59,266 nucleotides of DNA from positions 1 through 59,266 of the forward strand of contig JAHJQX010000020.1 of assembly GCA_018818965.1 (NCBI GenBank), written 5' to 3'. A program made the position numbers and the translations under genes. Source of the stretch: Patescibacteria group bacterium. Lineage in GTDB: Bacteria; Patescibacteriota; JABMPQ01. Of this stretch, positions 56,549-59,266 are shown one piece after another. Numbering within the stretch: position 1 is the stretch's first letter; every line of letters starts with the position of its first letter. The notes beneath the pieces are model-generated. The model was not told the origin of the DNA and searched no databases. It saw only the letters and a program-made list of their open reading frames with translations.

Positions 56549-56899
56549 CTACTTGCCTTTTTTGGTGGCTTTGGCTTTCTTTTTATCCTGCTTTTTGGGT
56601 TTAACTAGTTTATCTTTTTCCTTATCAGCCTTTTTCGTTTCCCCTTGGCTCTTTTCGGTGGCTGGTTTTTTCTTAGGCTTCTTAGCAGCACTCATCTTAG
56701 CTGCTTTTTCCTGCATTGCTTTGAAGCGGTCTACCCGGCCGGCGGTATCAACATATTTTTGCTTACCAGTATAGAAAGGATGACACAACGAGCAAACTTC
56801 CACGTTTATTTTATCAACGGTGGAGCCAGTTTCAAAAGTGTTGCCGCAGGCGCAAGTAACGGTTGTTTTGCCGTATTTGGGGTGAATCTTTGGTTTCAT
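56549..56899 (-). CDS. rpmE: 50S ribosomal protein L31 (Zn-ribbon type) with a Lys-rich C-terminal extension
   Basis: MKPKIHPKY....V.CACGN.FET.ST......[22 protein letters not shown] is followed by a ~50-aa K-rich tail. I take the start at the ATG at 56899; the track's 56926 start adds 9 codons that look non-native. Confidence 0.9.
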   Translation of the reverse strand: MKPKIHPKYGKTTVTCACGNTFETGSTVDKINVEVCSLCHPFYTGKQKYVDTAGRVDRFKAMQEKAAKMSAAKKPKKKPATEKSQGETKKADKEKDKLVKPKKQDKKKAKATKKGK

Positions 56900-56975
56900 G
56901 ACATTTTTACATTTATAAAAATACACGTAAAGAAATTGTAATGCTTTTTTAGCGGAGAGGCAAGGGGATTTGCCG

Positions 56976-58679
56976 CTACTTCACCATCTTCACCATATAT
57001 TCTCCCCTTAGCCGATACCCAAATTTGCGATAATAATCTCGCACGCCCACACCAGAAATAACAGCGATTTTATCCAGTTTAAATTTTCGCCGGGCGATTT
57101 TTTCTGCTTCCTGCACTAGTTTTTTCCCCAATCCAGCGTGTTGCACAGCTCCCTTTTTTTTGGTGGCGACGGGGATCAATTGACCATATGAGTGAACTTC
57201 GCGAATCAGAGCCGAACCTTCGAGCACAGGCAAAAAGTGTTTTTGGCCGGAAAAATGTTGCGAAGGAATCCGCAAGCGTAAAAAGGCTAATATTTTGTCA
57301 TTTTTCACGTCCTCGAAAGATAGAAATATCTCTTTGCCGCCCGAGGCATCATAGTCACGCCGCGTTAGCTTCATATTGCCTGGCTGGTAATCTTGCCCCT
57401 TTATTTCTCGACACCGTATGCATCGACACTCCACTTTTACCGTTGCCATCCTTGCTTGTACATCCTGTCGGATATTCGAGATTTTATTGCCGGCGATGAT
57501 ATCAGTGGCCGGGATATCACGTCCTAGTCGCATAATACGAACGTAAGGCGGTATAATCGCTTTGATTTTTACTAGTAAACTGATGAGTTGGTTATTTGCA
57601 TACGGCTTATATTTACCTTGCTGGTACATTTGAGCCAGCTTAGAGTCCCGCGTAAGTACACAGGGATAAATTTTTAGCATGTCGGGTTGGAAGTCAGAGC
57701 TAGAAAATATTTGCTTAAATGTTTTTAAATCTCGCGCTGGTGTGCTGCCGGGCAAATTAGGCATTAAGTGGTAGTTGATTTTGCAGCCAGCGTCTTTGAG
57801 GAGTTGGGTAGCTCTAATAGTTTCCGCTATCCCATGTCCGCGTTTGGTTTGACGTAAAATATTATCATCGGTACTTTGTACACCAAGCTCAACCCGCGTC
57901 ACTCCTAATCGGCGCAGGCGAACAATTTCTGACTCGTCAATCAAGTCCGGTCGAGTTTCGATGGTGATACCAATAATGCGCTGCCGCGCTTTTTCGTTGC
58001 GCCTTTTTTCTGCCGCCAAGCAAATATATGTTTTTGGTAGCTCAAAACTTTTAATTTTCCGTAAGGCTGCCTCCGTTTTTGCTTTGGAATTTTTAATTTT
58101 CTCCCTTGGTTTACCACCTGCCTGCCGGCCGGCAAGGCTTGTAACTTCAAACTTAAAATCATTACAGGCTTTAAAACACCGCGCCACAAATTGACTTTGA
58201 TATTTCCCTGGAAGGGAAGAAAAAGATCCACCCAAGATAATAAGTTCAATTTTATTTGTTGAATGACCGGTAATATTCAGCGAATTTAGTCGCGCTGTTA
58301 CTTGTTTATAGGGCTCAAAGCCAGTCAAAATTGCGCGCATCACGGCTGGCTCATCGGAGAAGTAGCTTTTGGGCATTTTTTTCTCTGTCGGGCAATAAAT
58401 ACACTGACCAGGACAAGGATGGGGTCTGGTTAAGACAGAAATTGACGCAATTCCTGATAAGGTACGTGTTTTTTGTTTTTTCAGTAAGTGTTCTAATTCT
58501 GAGCTTGGCGCCACTTTTTTCGCTTTGACTAACTGTCGATAACACTCTAAGATTTCTATATTAGAAGGACAGGCGCCGCCATACTGGGCTGCCCAAGCGT
58601 GCTTGATGGACTCAAACGATTTGGTATTGAGTCTAGGGAGCTTAAGGGCTTGTTTTACGATTATTTCTACTGGATTCAT
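56976..58679 (-). CDS. elp3: Elp3-like radical SAM/GNAT tRNA-modification enzyme
   Basis: 567 aa. The radical-SAM cluster region is [13 protein letters not shown], followed by [19 protein letters not shown] and C-terminal GNAT motifs (REVHSYG......QH.GLGKKL..EAE.IA). Confidence 0.85.
   Translation of the reverse strand: MNPVEIIVKQALKLPRLNTKSFESIKHAWAAQYGGACPSNIEILECYRQLVKAKKVAPSSELEHLLKKQKTRTLSGIASISVLTRPHPCPGQCIYCPTEKKMPKSYFSDEPAVMRAILTGFEPYKQVTARLNSLNITGHSTNKIELIILGGSFSSLPGKYQSQFVARCFKACNDFKFEVTSLAGRQAGGKPREKIKNSKAKTEAALRKIKSFELPKTYICLAAEKRRNEKARQRIIGITIETRPDLIDESEIVRLRRLGVTRVELGVQSTDDNILRQTKRGHGIAETIRATQLLKDAGCKINYHLMPNLPGSTPARDLKTFKQIFSSSDFQPDMLKIYPCVLTRDSKLAQMYQQGKYKPYANNQLISLLVKIKAIIPPYVRIMRLGRDIPATDIIAGNKISNIRQDVQARMATVKVECRCIRCREIKGQDYQPGNMKLTRRDYDASGGKEIFLSFEDVKNDKILAFLRLRIPSQHFSGQKHFLPVLEGSALIREVHSYGQLIPVATKKKGAVQHAGLGKKLVQEAEKIARRKFKLDKIAVISGVGVRDYYRKFGYRLRGEYMVKMVK
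58117..58140. repeat. third copy of the CCTGCCTGCCGG palindromic repeat core, in frame inside elp3
   Basis: CCTGCCTGCCGGCCGGCAAGGCTT. The central TGCCGGCCGGCA is a perfect 12-nt palindrome. On the coding (minus) strand it reads SLAGRQAGG (Elp3 residues 181-189). Confidence 0.55.
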
Positions 58680-58715
58680 GTGGCATTAATATTGTAACTG
58701 TTTGTGTTATATATC

Positions 58716-58799
58716 TTGCGACTAGCTATAGTTACCTCTCTCACCACAGCTCAGCCAGAAGCGGAGCCGGGTTCGATCGGCAACTATAGCTAGTCGCAA
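58716..58799 (+). other. structured element E: a perfect 18-bp helix enclosing a 48-nt core (candidate cis-regulatory RNA) upstream of the PP-loop gene
   Basis: The arms are TTGCGACTAGCTATAGTT (58716-33) and AACTATAGCTAGTCGCAA (58782-99). The inner stem spans 58749-58767 (GCTCAGC..GCGGAGC). The core is homologous to element D in the opposite genomic orientation. Confidence 0.55.
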
Positions 58800-58832
58800 C
58801 CAAACGATAAACTTTCGCCATAATATATCAAG

Positions 58833-59266
58833 ATGCTCAATAAATCTAAGTATAAAAGGCAATTGGAACAAAGTATAGTCCAAACCGTCGAAAAGTCTCT
58901 AGTGGGTAGAGATAAAATCGCTATCGCCTTTTCTGGTGGATTAGACAGTTCCTTGTTGGCCAAAGTTTGTCAGAATTTAGGCAAAGATATAACTCTGCTT
59001 ACTATCGGTTTTCCGGGTGCGAGTGACATTGAGTGGGCCGAGCGGATAGCGGCTGAGCTGGATCTTCCCCTGATAATGAAAGAGCTGGATAAAGAAGATC
59101 TGGAAAACGGTATTAAAGAGCTAGCGGATATAATAGATTTTCCCGGTGTGCGGGATTTTGAAATTGCTCTTTCGCTATATATAGTATTTGAATTTACCGC
59201 TGAGCAAGGTTTCAAAGTAGTCTTAACAGCTACTGGGCTTGATGCTTTGTTTTGTGGTTTTGATAA
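58833..59266 (+). CDS. PP-loop ATP-pyrophosphatase superfamily protein (asparagine-synthase-C / LarE-like), partial; runs off the window end
   Basis: My own translation is MLNKSKYKRQLEQSIVQTVEKSLVGRDKIAIAFSGGLDSSLLAKVCQNLGKDITLLTIGFPGASDIEWAERIAAELDLPLIMKEL.... SGGLDS is the PP-loop motif. It is not in the ORF track; the track's minus-strand ORF at 58970..59215 is antisense to it. Confidence 0.7.
   Translation, partial: MLNKSKYKRQLEQSIVQTVEKSLVGRDKIAIAFSGGLDSSLLAKVCQNLGKDITLLTIGFPGASDIEWAERIAAELDLPLIMKELDKEDLENGIKELADIIDFPGVRDFEIALSLYIVFEFTAEQGFKVVLTATGLDALFCGFD

Noticed and set aside
56927-56975. A hairpin (AGCGG...GGCAA-GGGGATT-TGCC...CCGCT) lies between elp3 and rpmE and could be a terminator.
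   Set aside because: On the transcribed (minus) strand the stem is followed by an A-run rather than a U-run, and it partly overlaps the elp3 stop. It is not a canonical intrinsic terminator and gives too little evidence for any other role.
58734-58781. A tRNA-like T-arm (GAGCCGGGTTCGATCGGC) lies inside element E; possibly a tRNA gene or tRNA-derived element.
   Set aside because: The GTTCGAT loop is not closed by a proper 5-bp T-stem. No D-arm, anticodon arm or 7-bp acceptor stem can be drawn, and the 18-bp outer helix is incompatible with a cloverleaf. I found no convincing tRNA anywhere in the window.

Overview
This is a 59.3 kb gene-dense window with about 55 credible CDS on both strands. 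It uses the standard bacterial code: TGA works as a stop, for example at 32067-32069. The gene content suggests an uncultivated small-genome bacterium, possibly Patescibacteria/CPR-like, but that placement is inference only. The pointers are compact housekeeping operons, Lys/Glu-rich tails on NusA, S6, L25 and L31, a V/A-type ATPase plus a membrane PPase, a bacterial Elp3, a PIG-V-like GT-C enzyme, and many membrane-anchored orphan genes.

Housekeeping content: efp, ychF, rpsF-ssb-rpsR, a yraN-like gene, nusA, hppA, thrS, dnaE, a SEDS FtsW/RodA gene, rplY, a complete V/A-ATPase operon (G/H-I-K-E-C-F-A-B-D), glyA-folC-thyA-folA, a P-type ATPase, prfA, prmC and rpmE. I found no rRNA, tRNA, CRISPR array, transposase or integrase.

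Items most worth follow-up:
1. Two tandem ~910-aa secreted glycine-repeat fibre proteins (9831-15385) end in a phage tail-fibre-type S74 intramolecular-chaperone domain. A third paralogue is cut by the window start (1-306). A Ca-binding-repeat / degenerate-cupredoxin membrane protein lies directly downstream.
2. Two intergenic elements (54084-54163 and 58716-58799) share a homologous 48-nt core. Each core is closed by a perfect 16-18 bp helix whose sequence is unrelated between the two copies, which is covariation-like evidence for a structured RNA. Each sits in sense orientation just upstream of a start codon.
3. A second GC-rich palindromic repeat family shares the exact 12-mer CCTGCCTGCCGG. 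Two copies interrupt the V-ATPase operon and one lies in frame inside elp3.
4. A compact viperin-like radical-SAM gene heads a tight four-gene cluster of unknown function (49998-53213).
5. An RDD-family membrane protein is translationally coupled inside the V-ATPase operon. The c-ring carries a Na+-type ligand signature, while the PPase carries the K+-independent (H+) signature.
6. A GGEEF-motif GGDEF protein lies next to a small, GC-rich, highly acidic ORF that has its own promoter.

All functional calls come from motif recognition by eye; no searches were run.
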